Assembly: GCF_006345805.1 (NCBI RefSeq)
Contig: NC_043004.1
Location: 61,256,001 to 61,320,000, forward strand
Length of the DNA: 64,000 nucleotides
Source: Octopus sinensis
Lineage: Eukaryota
Reading direction: 5' to 3'
In this document: positions 12,610 to 27,332 of the stretch, piece after piece
Position numbering within the stretch: position 1 is the first letter of the stretch
Layout of the letters: each line of letters starts with the position of its first letter
Position numbers and translations under genes: made by a program
The notes under the pieces: generated by a model
Told to the model about the DNA's origin: nothing
The model's database searches: none
Seen by the model: the letters and a program-made list of their open reading frames with translations, nothing else

Positions 12610-13760
12610 AATGCCAGAGCTCCATTTGCTTACTTTAAGAGAACGTGTTGATGATTGACATCCTGCACATGGTTCGACCAGTTTGAAACTGCATAACACC
12701 GCTCTTGCGTCATTATGATTACACATTAACTCAAATGTGGGCGTGATATATCTCGACTGTGCGTAATCTAGGCCTTGTCGGAAAACTTGAAGAAAGGGTA
12801 CAATGGCTTTCTAAATGACAGAAACGCAAATAATGAGTGGTGTTTTACAGTGCACTGTATAGGGGTCACTGTTATTCATACTGGCTCTTAGATATGCCCT
12901 CAGCCGCTCAGATAGCTATCTTTGCTAGCTATGCAGATGATGCACCCTCATCGATGATACCGGATCCTTGAGATGTTGCATATCTGCAGCAGGAGTTAGA
13001 CGCACCATGCAGGTGGGCTGAGGAAAATAAGATGTAGCTTCATGCTTGGTAATTCTAAACCCTGCAGTACTAACGCACATAGCTGAATGAAAAGCAGACA
13101 GTATACACTCATTCAGGATCTTTTGCGATCCATGAATGAAAATCAGAGAGTGACCTGGTCATTGGTATGAGTAATGATACAACTTTCCAGGTGCTTATTA
13201 CTAAGTTGGCAATAAAATGCAGACTGTTGGCCGGATGGATCCTTAGATCTTTCAGAACAAGAGATCAGGAAACCACGATGGTCTTTTGGATGACATTTGT
13301 CCTCAGCCGTTTAGATCACTGCTCTCAACTATGGTCACCATACAGTGGAAAATTAACGACACAACTCGAAGCAAACCAACGAAGCTACACAAAGAAGATC
13401 GTCGCAATGCCACATGTCAGCTACAAGAAAACACTGGAAAAGTTAAGACTCTACTTCCTAGGACGAAGACGGGAAAGATTTGCTGTGTTATACATGTGGA
13501 AAATTCTAGAACTTTATCAAATTTTAGTATTGTAAGTAACACAGACAGCAGAACGGGGCTTTACTGCATAGTACAAAAATTCCCAACATTGCCTTCAGGA
13601 TACAGGACCAGATATTGCAACAGCTCTTCAATATCCTCCCTTAAAACCTGAATAAACTTATGGGTAGATACAGGTGTCTTCAAAACAAAACTGGAACTTA
13701 TCCTATCAAGGGTTTCGCATTATTCTACCTCACGGCCAGAAACGCAGTTGGGGGCACCTT
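12610..13760 (+). mobile_element. Older degenerate copy of the CR1-like LINE family
   Basis: VIYLD, SYADD, WILRSFRTRDQETT, SRLDHCSQLWSPY and RRRERFA in broken frames. A ~105 bp piece of it is repeated at 12397-12500. Confidence 0.85.
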
Positions 13761-14024
13761 ATCTACTCTTTCATTAACCAAATTCCACATATCTGAGAAG
13801 GTTTATTGAAAGTGTAGCAAAGCTAACGGCTCGTAGCGTATGCACCACCACTCCGATCTCTTTTTTTCCACATTTTTTATATGTATTTTATATACATTCT
13901 AAAATCCTTTTATTTACATATTTACTTAACTTCCTGTCCTATCCCTTCTTGTCTTTTATTTATCGTAAAATGGCCTGAACTTAGATTCAGCCCCTTAACA
14001 GATATGAAACAAAATATATTTATT

Positions 14025-14370
14025 ATCTTTTACCTTATACTTAATTCAGTCATTTGACTGCAACCATCCTGGGGAACCGCCTTGCAGAGGTTATAGTGAA
14101 ACGAATCGACCCCCAGTACGTCTTCTAAAGCCTGGTACTTTTTCTATCGTTCTCTTTTTGGCGAACCGCTAGTTTATGAGGATGTCAACGAATCAGTACC
14201 AGTTGTCAATGGGTGCTGGTGAAGAAGCATACACACACACACATACACACACACTCACAAGCACACACTCACACAAACATTCACACATATATACAATGGG
14301 TTTCTTTCAGTTTCCGCTTACGAATTTCACTCACAAGGCTTTGGTTGGTCTGAAGCTATTATACAGTGCA
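14025..14370 (-). mobile_element. SINE family A, degenerate, head missing
   Basis: Matches the other family A copies (GCCGAACCGCTAAG and TTTCAGTTTCCG motifs). Confidence 0.7.
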
Positions 14371-14599
14371 CAGTGTTATATTTATTTTTTATGTCAAGAT
14401 AATTTTATGCAGTATCTACCATCTATACACATGATGAAGGTTGCGAAACAGCCGTAACCCTAAGGATAGTAAGTGATTAGATAAAGATATTCATCTCTCA
14501 TATCTCCTGATATATTATGATTTATATATTCCTCATAAAATAATTTCATAGATCTGATTTCCTCGATTTTAGCTGCACAGAATTGTGCATTATGTTCCT

Positions 14600-14830
14600 T
14601 CTCGAGCCATGTTAGGCTCATACTGGCCGATTTCCCGCTTTCAGTGGCGTAGAAATTCCACCCCTGGACGGGACGCCGGTGCGTTGCAAGATTACTCATT
14701 TTTGCCAGCTGAATGGACTGGAGCAACGTGAAAATGAAGTGTTTTGCTCAAGAACACAATGCATCCAGGAATCGAAACCACAACCTTATGATCATGAGTT
14801 CAACAACCTAACCGCTAAACTACGCGCCCC
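14600..14830 (-). mobile_element. Degenerate tRNA-derived SINE of another family
   Basis: On the minus strand: tRNA-like head (GGTTTCGATTCC) followed by a CTTGAGCAAAACACTT CORE-like segment. Confidence 0.55.
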
Positions 14831-15664
14831 CACACGGTGCATTATACTCTTCCGTAAAGAATTACTATGTGATCTGCTAGCCGAGTCCGCTAGAAGAGCT
14901 TGACGTGACAGCCATACGATGCTAAGAATCCATATATTAAAATACAAAATTATATAAATAGAAATATTGCGGCTTCCTTCATCGAAAAATGTTCTCAGTG
15001 ACAAAATGTAATCAATAGCTTTCTTTGGGATACGAATATGCCTCACGTATATTTGAACTGGTAACAACTTTGCGTACATACATACATACATGTGTGTGTG
15101 TGTGTGTGTATGTGTGTGTATGCGTGTGTTTGTATGTGTGTGTTCTTGTTGTAGACATTTTATTTCTGAACCTCTAACGAGTGTACGTGTTTCCTCTTGT
15201 GTATGTCTCCGTCTTTTTAAATACGAGCGAATGTACTCTGCTTGTGTTTCTTCGTCGGCAAATCACCACTTCCTCTTCTGCTCTGCAGAAATTCACCTAA
15301 CTATATACTCTACGCCCACCTTCCCCAATCGTCTCCATCAACTCCCCCCCACTTCCTTTTCGCAGAACCACTAACATCAATTAACCCACCGTCTTTCTCA
15401 AGACACTACTAAGCTTGCTGACTCAAACCATTCACTATTAAATATGTTTATCACTCAAACTCCATGTGTTGTAGTGTGTACGTCCCCACTTTCAGTACCC
15501 TTTCATCCTGCCATTTGTGTACTAATCTAATTCTTACGTAAATATCTAGCCTTATATCTACAAACCTATTTAGTCAATTTGAACTAGGTCAATTCATTCA
15601 GTTACTGAGGATGTTCGCGGGCAAAACAAAATATATCATATTAATATATATGTATGTATATATA

Positions 15665-15771
<107 letters not shown>

Positions 15772-15835
15772 GAACACACACACACACATACACACACACA
15801 TACGCACATACGGCACACACACAAACATATATATA

Positions 15836-15871
<36 letters not shown>

Positions 15872-16170
15872 CATTTATATATACACCTATAAATATATAT
15901 ATATATAATATATATATTTATATATACACCATATATATATATGTATATACATATATATATACATGTATATATATACACATATATATATGTATATATATTC
16001 ATATACATATAAGATATATATATAAGTATATATGTAATATATATCTATATAATATATATATACATGTCCATATATATATATACATACACACACACACACA
16101 TACATATATATTATATATATATAATGTTTGTTATGTATACATGCAGACATATGCAAATGAATATATTACA

Positions 16171-16191
16171 TATTATTATTATTATTGTTAA

Positions 16192-16257
<66 letters not shown>
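16171..16257. repeat. (ATT)n microsatellite
   Basis: Directly visible. Confidence 0.95.
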
Positions 16258-16261
<4 letters not shown>

Positions 16262-17371
16262 GATCTAATATAATACACATCTAATACACACATATTTTCT
16301 TTATTTAGAAAGTACAGCATACACGTGAAGAATGAAATATGTGATACCTTCTTTTTTTCGCGAATGTTTGCCAATGTTCGGCCTCGTTAGACAGTGACCT
16401 CTACTTAGATTGCACCGTTTATTTTTGCCTACATTTTTTTTTTGCCTATTTTCGTAGCGTTTGTAAGTATTTCCCAAGCACACATACGCATACACGAACC
16501 AGGACATACTCGCACATACACGAGTCGTGGAAAGACACACGCACAAGCGTATAAACACACGTACAAAGACTGGTTTGGAGATGTATGAATTAAAAGAAGA
16601 GAGTTTTTATCGAAGAGAAAATAGTACAAGGACTCTAGTCCTATAATGAGTAATTTTGTCAATCAGAACTACGTGACGGCAATTTTCTTTCACAACTCGT
16701 ATGCAAGCCAAAAGAAATTGCTTCGATAAAGCTCTTGTTCTGTATTAGACGGTGTGAAGAACGGCACTTGCATAAGAAAAATCCCTACATCCTTGTGGAA
16801 AGATAATTATATTTTGTGGTAAAAAACAATTTACTCTATTTCATATACGGGGTATTTATTCTGCCAGTAACAGGGCTACGTCAGACGCATGCATTGTATT
16901 TTTTTAAATTAAAAATATAAATAAAGCGCTCCTTATACAACAGCATACACTGCATATGTGTTTTGCCCGGAGTAGAATTGATTACATAGTGATAGTTGCA
17001 ATCTTATTTAAGTCGATTTTAGCAGCATTTGTCAAGATTTCAAATATTGAAGAGAAAAGAAATAAATAAAGAAATATATAAAGTGAATAGAAATAAAAAG
17101 CCAATAACTGAAATGCGCCCCGTATTTATGTTTTTTTGTTGTCTTTTCAATTGTTTTGCTCATTAGACTGCATTCATTCTGGGGAACCGTGTTGTTGGAT
17201 TTTAGTTGGGCGAATCGATGCCAGTACTGTATTTTTTTAAGGCTGTTACTTGTTCTATAGTTCTATTTTGCTGGTCTCCTATGTTACGAGACGTAAACAC
17301 ACCAACACTTGTTGCAAAGCGGTTGCGGATATACGCAAAGACACATAGACAAACATGCACACACACACACG

Positions 17372-17423
<52 letters not shown>

Positions 17424-18099
17424 CTAGTGAAGGCACATGGCCTAGTGGTTAGAGCACTATGTGTGAAACCGACCTTATGAGTCAGGTGTGGCTCGAGAAG
17501 AAATAAACAACATATATACTAATTTAAAAACTTCCTATCGGGCGGATTTTAAGCTAGCTCCTGTGGAGTTCTCTTAATCGGGCCTTTGGCCTAACAATGA
17601 TACTTCATTCATTGAGTACATATTAAATTTTATTGAACTTGAGCAATACTTTTGAAGCCTTGAACTCTTTTCTTTAAAATAATGATATAATTTGACGACT
17701 TGGAACCTATTGCAAAGCTGCGCGATGAGCAACATAATTTGTCTTCCCATTGAGTGTCAGTACAAATACTTTGTTTCCATTCCTTACCCTTAAACAGCCA
17801 ACATATAGCTAACCGTTTTCAATAATAAACTTACCTTTTTAAAGTTCAACAATAATTCTTCTGCCACCACTTAATTTAAAGACAATTTGATGTGCGTAGT
17901 GCCTTCCTTTTAGTACAAAAATTTATTTGTAGTACATGGTACGTATCTAAATTCCTGTTCGCAGTTTGAAGGAAAATTACACCAGTGTCGCTACACAGTA
18001 TTTTAAAGTGCAATTTTTATGGTTTGGAATTGCTATAAACGTATTTGAACATGAAGATCTTTGAAATTTACTAATTTTTTTAGTAATTTTAATGTAACA

Positions 18100-18545
18100 T
18101 TAAAATCAGTCGAATCTATTTTCATGCAGTCGGAGTGCGCTAAGCTTCAATAACTCCGACGGCATAATCATAGGTCCGACAAATTTTGCTAATATGTGAA
18201 AGAATACTAAGTTTCCAACATTTTTATGGTAGACAGTTATGAGAGGTAATACTGTATGAGAGAGTGAGTTCAATACGCATTTCAGTCCCAAATGTTATGA
18301 AGCACGTGTTAGGGTTAAATTACTTGATACAGTTATAATATTTAAAGAAATATTTTTTCAAAATGTTAGGATTAAGAAAGAAAAGCAAGAATGAAGAATA
18401 GTAGAAGTGTCATTGAATAGTGAGAAATGGTTAAACCATTAGGAATAGTAGATGTGTCATTGAATAGTGGGGGTTGCAGGAGTAAAGCTGAAAATGAGTG
18501 ACATACTGACACACTGACATTCGCATTCGCATTTATTATTATAGA
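18100..18545 (-). mobile_element. Possible non-autonomous Helitron-like element (5' end)
   Basis: The minus strand begins TCTATAATAATAAATGCG, resembling the start of the helicase-bearing Helitron remnant at ~32568 (TCTATTATAATAAACGCG). The 3' end was not identified. Confidence 0.4.
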
Positions 18546-19267
18546 TACACATATACGACAAACTACTTTCAGTTTCCGTTAACCAAATCCAAACACAAGG
18601 CTTTGGCTGGCACGAGGCTATAACAGAAAAGGCTTACTTAAGTGTCCACGCAGTGGGATTGAATCCGGAGCCATGGGACTGGGAAGCAAACTCTTTACCA
18701 GATAGCTGCGCTTGGTTCGTGAAAATATGAAAATATGCCTGTCATAAAATGGGTCCGTAGAATTTTCAGAGCACCGAAACCGATGCCCTAAGATATTTAT
18801 TCGTTCTTTATGTATTCTGGCATGAAGCCCTTCTATATTACGGATGTCAAGTTTCTTCCCACGCTAGGACGAAAATGGGCGCTTTTCTTTGGACCACATC
18901 ATTGGCTGTGTTACTCGAACAAATATCTGCCAGTTTTCCACATAAAGATCTGCTCACGCGTGTCGATGCTGATACTGGTTCATACTCATCTGACAGACTC
19001 TACTAGCAATTGCAGCAAGTCTTTAAAAGATGCATCGATATCATTTTGATAATAACCACCTGAAGAGGAACATAACAACTAAAAACCTTTTATTCAGTAT
19101 TTTACACATCATAATTAACGGAGTTCAAATTATTTAATTATTTCCTCTTCTTTTCGCAATGTAACTGAATAGCAATATTTCAAATATTTAGCAACGTATA
19201 CATATCACATAAAGCGAAACTTTATATACATACATACATACATGCATGCATACATATTGTATGTATG

Positions 19268-19309
<42 letters not shown>

Positions 19310-19432
19310 CATATATATACATATATATATACATATATATATATATATACATATATATATACATACATATATATATATATGCATAAATATGTATATATAC
19401 ATATGCATAAATATATATATATATACATATGC

Positions 19433-19478
<46 letters not shown>

Positions 19479-19518
19479 CATGTATTATATATGTATATAT
19501 ATGTATACATATATATGT

Positions 19519-19549
<31 letters not shown>

Positions 19550-19568
19550 GTATTAAATATGTATATAG

Positions 19569-19599
<31 letters not shown>

Positions 19600-19885
19600 T
19601 ATATATATATTTATATTAATATGTATATACATATATATGTAGGAAGAGAGAGCGAGAGGAAAAAGAAATATATAAATAAACAGACAGATACGTAAATAGA
19701 TAGTTGTGTGCGCATATATATATTTATGTGTGTATATGTGTATCTCGTGGTATGTATGTAAAATACTGTAAAATAAAAATTGCCCGTGGAGGCAGCTATG
19801 AACAATTCAAAGAAACATACATATAAAGTTACAGATTTAAAGATTTTTTGCATCTCTTTATAATATATCAAATGGTGTGCTTATT

Positions 19886-19898
19886 TATTTATTGTTGA

Positions 19899-19976
<78 letters not shown>

Positions 19977-19989
19977 GATTATTATTATT

Positions 19990-20023
<34 letters not shown>

Positions 20024-20058
20024 TTGCTGCTGTTGTTATTGTTGTTGTTATTATTATT
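19886..20058. repeat. (ATT)n/(GTT)n compound microsatellite
   Basis: Directly visible. Confidence 0.95.
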
Positions 20059-20916
20059 CCTATTATTTGTGGTATAGTACGTTCCCACATCAATATGTTG
20101 TGCCTGTATACAGTACGGTGATGTTAGAATGAGTTCTCTTTGTTTACAAACAATCTATTAAGTGATAATTCGTTGCCCTGGCAAACCCACAAAAGATATA
20201 AAGAAAATACTTTTCTATTAAACTATTCAAATGAATACTTTAAACGTATAAACACGTAAATACGTACGCAATGGAAACGAATACACATAAATATATTTCA
20301 GACATATATATCAATAAGTATATGTATATATGGCTGAAATCTCATCCAGAAATGAACACAGAGACATAAATTGTTATGACTCCATTTGTTTACACACAAT
20401 TTATCAACATATAATTCGTTGCACTGGCAAATATACAAAATAAATAGAAAGGCACATTTATATTCAACCATTCAATGAAAACGCCAAAGCGGTGCCGCAC
20501 GTAAACATACTGAATAATGCGAAACGAACAAGCCTATGAATATATATCTATCTAATATGTATCTATCTATCTATATCTATCTATATCGTTTAAATTCCTG
20601 TACAGAAATTTATGTATTTGGTTATTATTATCATTACGCATGAATAGCTGATATAAATGCGCGATAGACAATTCAAACATTAAGGACATTTATTGCTATT
20701 ATAGTCCCAGCAAACAGCATAATGAATGAGGATAACTACCTGAAAAAGCGGAAGGAAACGGTGAAACTAATACTTGTTATGAAGTAGCTTGCAGTCGCGA
20801 TTTTATATATATGATATATGTATAGATATGTATATATATATATATGTATATATGTATATTATATGTATATATTATATATATGTATATATATGTATATATA
20901 TATGGTATATTATATG

Positions 20917-20953
<37 letters not shown>

Positions 20954-21059
20954 CTATATATGTATATATATATATATGTATATATATGAATATATATATG
21001 ATATATATGTATGTATATATTATATATATATGTATATTATATATATGTATATATATATG

Positions 21060-21110
<51 letters not shown>

Positions 21111-21341
21111 GTATATATATAATATATATTTTATAAATACATATATGTATGTATGTATATATATATATATGTATGTATGTATATATATATATATATGTAT
21201 CACGTGATCACGTGACTGACCAGGCTATCAGATGTCGCCACACATTGCTGGTCACAATGCGCTTCGCATTTTTTTAGCCTTCAAATGACACCACCTCGCT
21301 GGCTAAGCGAGCAGGCCATATATATATATACATATATATAC

Positions 21342-21430
<89 letters not shown>

Positions 21431-21456
21431 GATATATATATATATATATATATAGG

Positions 21457-21487
<31 letters not shown>

Positions 21488-21702
21488 GTACCAACATATA
21501 TACACATATATATATATATACATATACCAACACACATACACCACATATATATTTACACACGCACGAATATATATACATATGTGTGTGTATTCCTAAGTTT
21601 ATGTGTGTTTGTGTGCGTATGTGTACGAGAGAAATTAGCAGAATTGTTGGAGTATATATTTGCAAATTAGCTAATTACACGTGCCTTTCATTTTTTTTTC
21701 AG

Positions 21703-21833
21703 TTTTAAAACAGGATGGTCTCGAATGGAAAGAGTGCTCTTCGTATTGACTCTGTTGTTAGTCATCTGCGTCTTAGCAGTCACTTCAGCATTGGTTTTAG
21801 TTATTTTCAGATCAAGAACAGGGAAACAAATCG
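21703..21833 (+). CDS. M13 (neprilysin/ECE-like) peptidase exon: cytoplasmic juxtamembrane region plus signal-anchor helix
   Basis: Acceptor TTTTTTTTTCAG (AG 21701-21702). Reads (phase 2) [43 protein letters not shown]. Donor G|GTACGT at 21834 is phase 1, matching the next exon. Confidence 0.75.
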
Positions 21834-21875
21834 GTACGTATAGAAGTCTTAACGGTTTGGAAACATTTAAAGTAT

Positions 21876-22288
21876 TACTCTTATACTCTTTTACTTGTTT
21901 TAGTCATTTGACTGCGGCCATGCTGGAGCACCGCCTTTAGTCGAGCAAATCGACCCCGGGACTTATTCTTTGTAAGCCCAGTACTTATTCTATCGGTCTC
22001 TTTTGCCGAACCGCTAAGTGACGGGACGTAAACACACCAGCATCGGTTGTCAAGCAATGCTAGAGGGACAAACACACAAACATATACACACACATACATA
22101 CATATATATATATATATACATATATACGACAGGCTTCTTTCAGTTTCCGTCTGCCAAATCCACTCACAAGGCCTTGGTCGGCCCGGGGCTATAGCAGAAG
22201 ACATTTGCCCAAGATGCCACGCAGTGGGACTGAACCCGGAACCATGTGGTTGGTTAGCAAGCTACTTACCACACATCCACTCCTACGC
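21876..22288 (-). mobile_element. SINE family A, full length, young
   Basis: Head, CORE-like segment, internal (TA/CA)n and tail all present. Nearly identical to 57941-58369. Confidence 0.9.
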
Positions 22289-23854
22289 TTTGATTGTTTT
22301 ATATTTATGTTTGTTAACTGTGTTAGAATGGCAGAAAACCATTGGAATCGCAGACTAAAGTAAACAAATAGAATTTAGTTATATTCCTCTATGATGCAAA
22401 TTTGTAAGACTCAGGTTTAATGCTGCGGTTAAGATGCTTGCTTTGTGAGTTCGAATATTCAGGATCAATCCCACTGCACATGAGCAAGGATTTTCTGCTG
22501 TAGGATGGTGACTATCAAATACTTGTAAATGATATTTTGTAATCAAACCCGAATGAAAGTCTATTGCAGAAACCGTTATTCTTCTGTGATGGTAGGTGTA
22601 ATCTTCCATTGTTGGTACCTTTACTATCTGAACGTTGAATGAGTTTAACGCAGCCCAATTTCTTTTTGTTTTGGAACATTTTGGATCTGGCTTCTAGATT
22701 AATCATAACTTATTTTACTCCAATATTCTTGTAGGTTTTAAAAGTGATCCGTATTACTGTTTATTCAATGGCGATGCTGAAAATATTTCGCAAATATCTC
22801 GTAAAGTGAAAAATCAATGGACCTTTGTTAATCGTTGTTATAGAAATTACCAAAATAGTGTCAAATCGTGCCACCGGTATAATTATGTTTTAATAATGGT
22901 TCAAAATTTTGGTATAAGGCCAGAAATTTCAGAGATGGGGCAAAGTGGGTTACATCGATCTCAGTGGTCAACTGACTTATTTTATCGACCCTTGAAGGAT
23001 GCATTTTGCCCCGCATTCTAACTATTCTGCCAGCTCGCCACTGAAGGATATTTTATTAACATCATATTTTTCGCGGAAGAAAATAAAGATAGACACCGTC
23101 ACATTATCTCAGTACTCTATACATACAGAGAATTGTACCTCTCATTGATACTTTATGAATAAATGAACTTCCTTAGTCTTACACTCAATTACTATTCGAT
23201 CCGGGCTACACATGAGGAGGTTAATGTGCTCTGCCCAGTTCTGTTCTCCTCCAGCCTTCCCTCGCCGCCTCTCGTGCTTGATATGACGTGTTCTCTTTCC
23301 AATTGTCTACTGTCAGAGTAAATGAAACTACTCCTTCTCTTTCTGCCCCACTGATATAATTGGCCTATTGTGTGGAAGTCACATTAGAATGTTTTAGTGG
23401 GTGACATGATTAAGAAACGAAGGCGTTGCTTGTAAATTATAGCTGAGAAGATGGAATGATATATTTAGAATTTTGTTTTCTTTTCTAGTGAGACATAATT
23501 TTCCGGTCGATAATTACTATGTTGGTTAACTTAATTTAATTCGTAGGACAGAATTAAATTACCCAGAGAAAATCATCGAAAAGCGTATTTCATATAAATA
23601 AAAAAAAAGAAGAAGACAAAAACAAAAAAAAAACGAACAGCTTTATATGTAAATAAAATCTAATAGTTGTAATCTGTGTTCTTGTTTGGATAAATAAATT
23701 ACTAGGAAATCCAACTATTTTCAATGTCTCAAATGTGTTCCAAGTAATTCCAAATAATAGAAATGTATAAATAGGTAGTTTTACTTTGGAAGAAACGATA
23801 AGATTTCTGCTGAAATTGGATAATAATGACAATATTTTTTTCTATTGATTTTAG

Positions 23855-24295
23855 ATAAAAATGCAACCACTACTGCTGTCCCATCCTTAAATCCATTCTT
23901 ATCATCAACAACCAGTAGTTCTATACAACCTAATGCTACTAGGATTACTGGACTGACTGGAACAACCCATTATACAACAGAGACTGGCCTCGCAAGTACC
24001 TCAGTAAATATTAACTCACAACCAACATCAACACTTAAAGCGAATGTATCATTATCGAAAACTTCAAAATATATTCCGACACAAACATCGATACGGCACT
24101 CAACATATACTACAAAAAGTGGGAAATCTGTTCAAACCACAGCATCGACCATTCAAATAGCTACTACAAAATCACACTTGAACAACAATGGTACCAAAAT
24201 GCAACCTAATACAACAGTACCGTCCACTCCACAACCTGCAACCACTAAGCAATCAAATGTTCAACTCTGCCAGACAAAAGGATGTGTCATTGCAG
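23855..24295 (+). CDS. M13 peptidase exon: Ser/Thr-rich stalk ending in the first Cys motif (CQTKGCVIA)
   Basis: Acceptor GATTTTAG (23853-23854); the phase-1 G+AT gives D. 441 nt open frame. Donor GCAG|GTAAG at 24296. Joins in frame to AARILQAMNMSVEPC. Confidence 0.85.
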
Positions 24296-24677
24296 GTAAG
24301 ATATTTCAAGAAACTGATTTAGTGAAAGCCAAAATCAATTACGATTTTTTTTATTATAACCAATCTTATCTTAGAATATCTTTGGAGGTAATTGAAAATG
24401 TTCAACTTACGTCCCACCGTCAATCACGTACAGTTTCTGACACCAATCATCTATGTGAAACTATGAATTATCCGTATGTCATTGCATTGATTCTATCCTC
24501 TCCTTCAAAATAACTACCAATATTCAACTTTTACAAATTTTATCGGCTCCGAAAGATTGACAGGTAAAGTTGACCACGGCGGAATTTGATCTCAGAACGT
24601 AAAGAGAAAGAATAAATGCTGCAAAGCATTTTGTCAGGCGTGCTAACAATTCTGCCATCTTACATCCTTAAAGGTTT

Positions 24678-25098
24678 ACTCTTTTTACTTGTTTCAGTCA
24701 TTAGACTGAGGCCATGTTGGAGCACCACCTTTAGTCGAGCAAATCGACACCAAGACTTATTATTTGTTAGCCTGGTACTTATTCTATCGGTTTCTTTTGC
24801 CGAACCGCTAAGTTACGGGCAAGTAATCATACCAACATCGGTTGTCAAATGATGTTGGAGGACAAACACCGACACACAAACACACTCACACATACACACA
24901 CACACGCACACACACACACACATATATTACATATATATATATATATAAACATATATACAATGGGTTTCTTTCAGTTTCTGTCTACGAAATCCACTCACAA
25001 GGCTTTGGTCAGCCCGAGGCTATAGTAGAAGACACTTGCCCAAGGTGCCACTCAGTGGGACTGAACCCGGAACCATGTAGTTGGTAAGCAAGCAACTT
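24678..25098 (-). mobile_element. SINE family A
   Basis: Alignable to 21876-22288 along its length. Confidence 0.85.
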
Positions 25099-26603
25099 AG
25101 TGCAAGGCTAGTAATTTTAGCGGGAAAGGGATAATCGATTATATGAACTCCTGTGTCCAACTTGTACTTGTTTTAGCTGTCTTCATTCGAAGAGAAACTG
25201 AAAATGTTGATAAACGCTTGACCAATGCAGAAATAGTCTGACCTCAGCACTTTTAGTCCACTTGCACACGTTAACTCTTTCCTTAAGACCACCAGCAGAT
25301 AAAACTTGACTGCACTTCAAGGTAAAAAGAAGGCGTAGGTGCGGTCTTCATAATGGACTCAGCTGATAAGCCAGATCTATACCCCCCTTGACAGAAGGTG
25401 TTCAGCATAACTCTATAAATCAGAAATATATTGCCGACTTCAAGGTGCATACAAGTTAATGAAGTAATTTCTATTGATGCATAACTCAAATAATAATGAA
25501 AATTAAAAAGACAGGCTTAGCTATCTTAAATGTAGAGTTATGTAGGAATTCAGGCCGATCATTGAAAACTGATGGTACAGCCATCTTCGAATAATTTATA
25601 CTGAAGTAGAAAAAACATCACTGCAGAACTAAAAGGCAAGGGTATTTTTATGTTGCTTTGTACATGAAATTAAATTTCTTACGCGCCACTATAGCTTAAT
25701 TGTTAGCGTCATTTGCCTAAGTTAAGCAACAAGAATGCAGTTGTCGTGTCCACTTGTAAATCAAAATTACAGACGGATAGAATAAATCTCCTGCAAGGAA
25801 ATGAGGTCCAAGAAGTAATTTTCGAGAATCTCTGTTTTTTCGTCTTTAGTATATGTCCTAACACCTGCCAGACGATCTTGTAATCCGATGACGATAACAG
25901 CTAAATTCGTTGGCTATCATTTAATGAAAGAGAATCCAGTGGAAGTGTTTAAGATATAATTGAGAAAAGTGTTTCTTATGAGTCATGTGTGAAGAAATCA
26001 TCATCTGGAGGGTGTCATAGTTTCTCCCTTTCTATGTACATAGTATAAATCAAAATAGACTGTAGGTAGGATCACCAGATAAGCTAGAGATACACCCCAC
26101 AATTACTAATGACCACCTAATCAGTCACCCATTTTAAAACCATCATCTGGCAACTGAGTCTTTAATCGAATTAATTCACTTTGTCCACAACACACATCCG
26201 AACAGATTCTGTAGTCAAATCTCCCACATTCGGGCTTCACAAAATACCATGCATGCTGCCTTTTCTCTTCAGACTAAGTCATAAATAAGGACAAAAATTC
26301 TGAAATTGTGTGATTTTATCTGTTTAGTTGTTGTTTCTGTCACAAATATGTGCGTATGGTCTACTAAGTATTGGTAAAATAGAAGCCACACCAAGATATT
26401 GCCATCATTATAAATTTCCAAATGATCACCTGAGCAACTTTCCATTAAATAATCAACATATGCACTGGTGTGGGTGTGTTGTAAGAAACATACTTCTCAA
26501 CCGCGTGGTTCCGGGTTCATTGCCACAGCATTGGTACAATGCTCAAATGTCTTTTACAAGAGCCTTGTGAGTGGATTTGGTAAACGGAACTGAAAGAAGC
26601 ATG

Positions 26604-26684
<81 letters not shown>

Positions 26685-26744
26685 TATTATATGTATATTT
26701 ATATATATATATAATATATATATATATATAATTATATATATGTA

Positions 26745-26841
<97 letters not shown>

Positions 26842-26952
26842 GGCATTATACATACATGCCACACGCTAAGAGGGACAATTAGTCATTTTCTACCAAAAAT
26901 ATTACTAATCCCACCGAATGCAATTTTTCAAAGTAAGACATTTAAAAAATAT

Positions 26953-27000
26953 AGACCTGTATCACAGTGATTTCATACTTACGTATTCATCAGCAGGCCT
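26953..27000 (-). ncRNA. Type I hammerhead ribozyme (minus strand, left palindrome arm)
   Basis: AGGCCUG-CUGAUGA-AUAC(GUAA)GUAU-GAAA-UCACUGUGA-UA-CAGGUCU: full catalytic core, 7-bp stem I, 4-bp stem II with GNRA loop, near-palindromic stem III. Confidence 0.85.
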
Positions 27001-27284
27001 GAATGTATCATAAATAAACGACCCTGTCCCGCTTAAGCCGATCAGCTAACTGATCAACATCAACGAAGCACATGGGTGAGTTTACAATATTACATCCTGT
27101 AAATGGCATACTTTTACGAATTGCATTTCGGGAAAGGAAAAAACTTTTCCTTTCCCGAAATGCAATTCGTAAAAGTATGCCATTTACAGGATGTAATATA
27201 TGAACTCACCCATGTGCTTCGTTGATGTTGATCAGTTAGCTGATCGGCTTAAGCGGGACAGGGTCGTTTATTTATGATACATTC

Positions 27285-27332
27285 AGGCCTGCTGATGAAT
27301 ACGTAAGTATGAAATCACTGTGATACAGGTCT
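27285..27332 (+). ncRNA. Type I hammerhead ribozyme (plus strand, right palindrome arm)
   Basis: Stem I 27285-27291/27326-27332; CTGATGA 27292-27298; stem II 27299-27310; GAAA 27311-27314; stem III to T27324; predicted cleavage after A27325 (AUA triplet). Confidence 0.85.

Noticed and set aside
20722-20785. MNEDNYLKKRKET... as a possible first coding exon of the peptidase
   Set aside because: The only phase-2 donor (AA|GTAGCT) is far from consensus and there is no homology support.
25280-25500. Minus-strand FINLYAP resembling a LINE apurinic-endonuclease motif
   Set aside because: An isolated motif followed by a stop; no other endonuclease motifs were recognisable.
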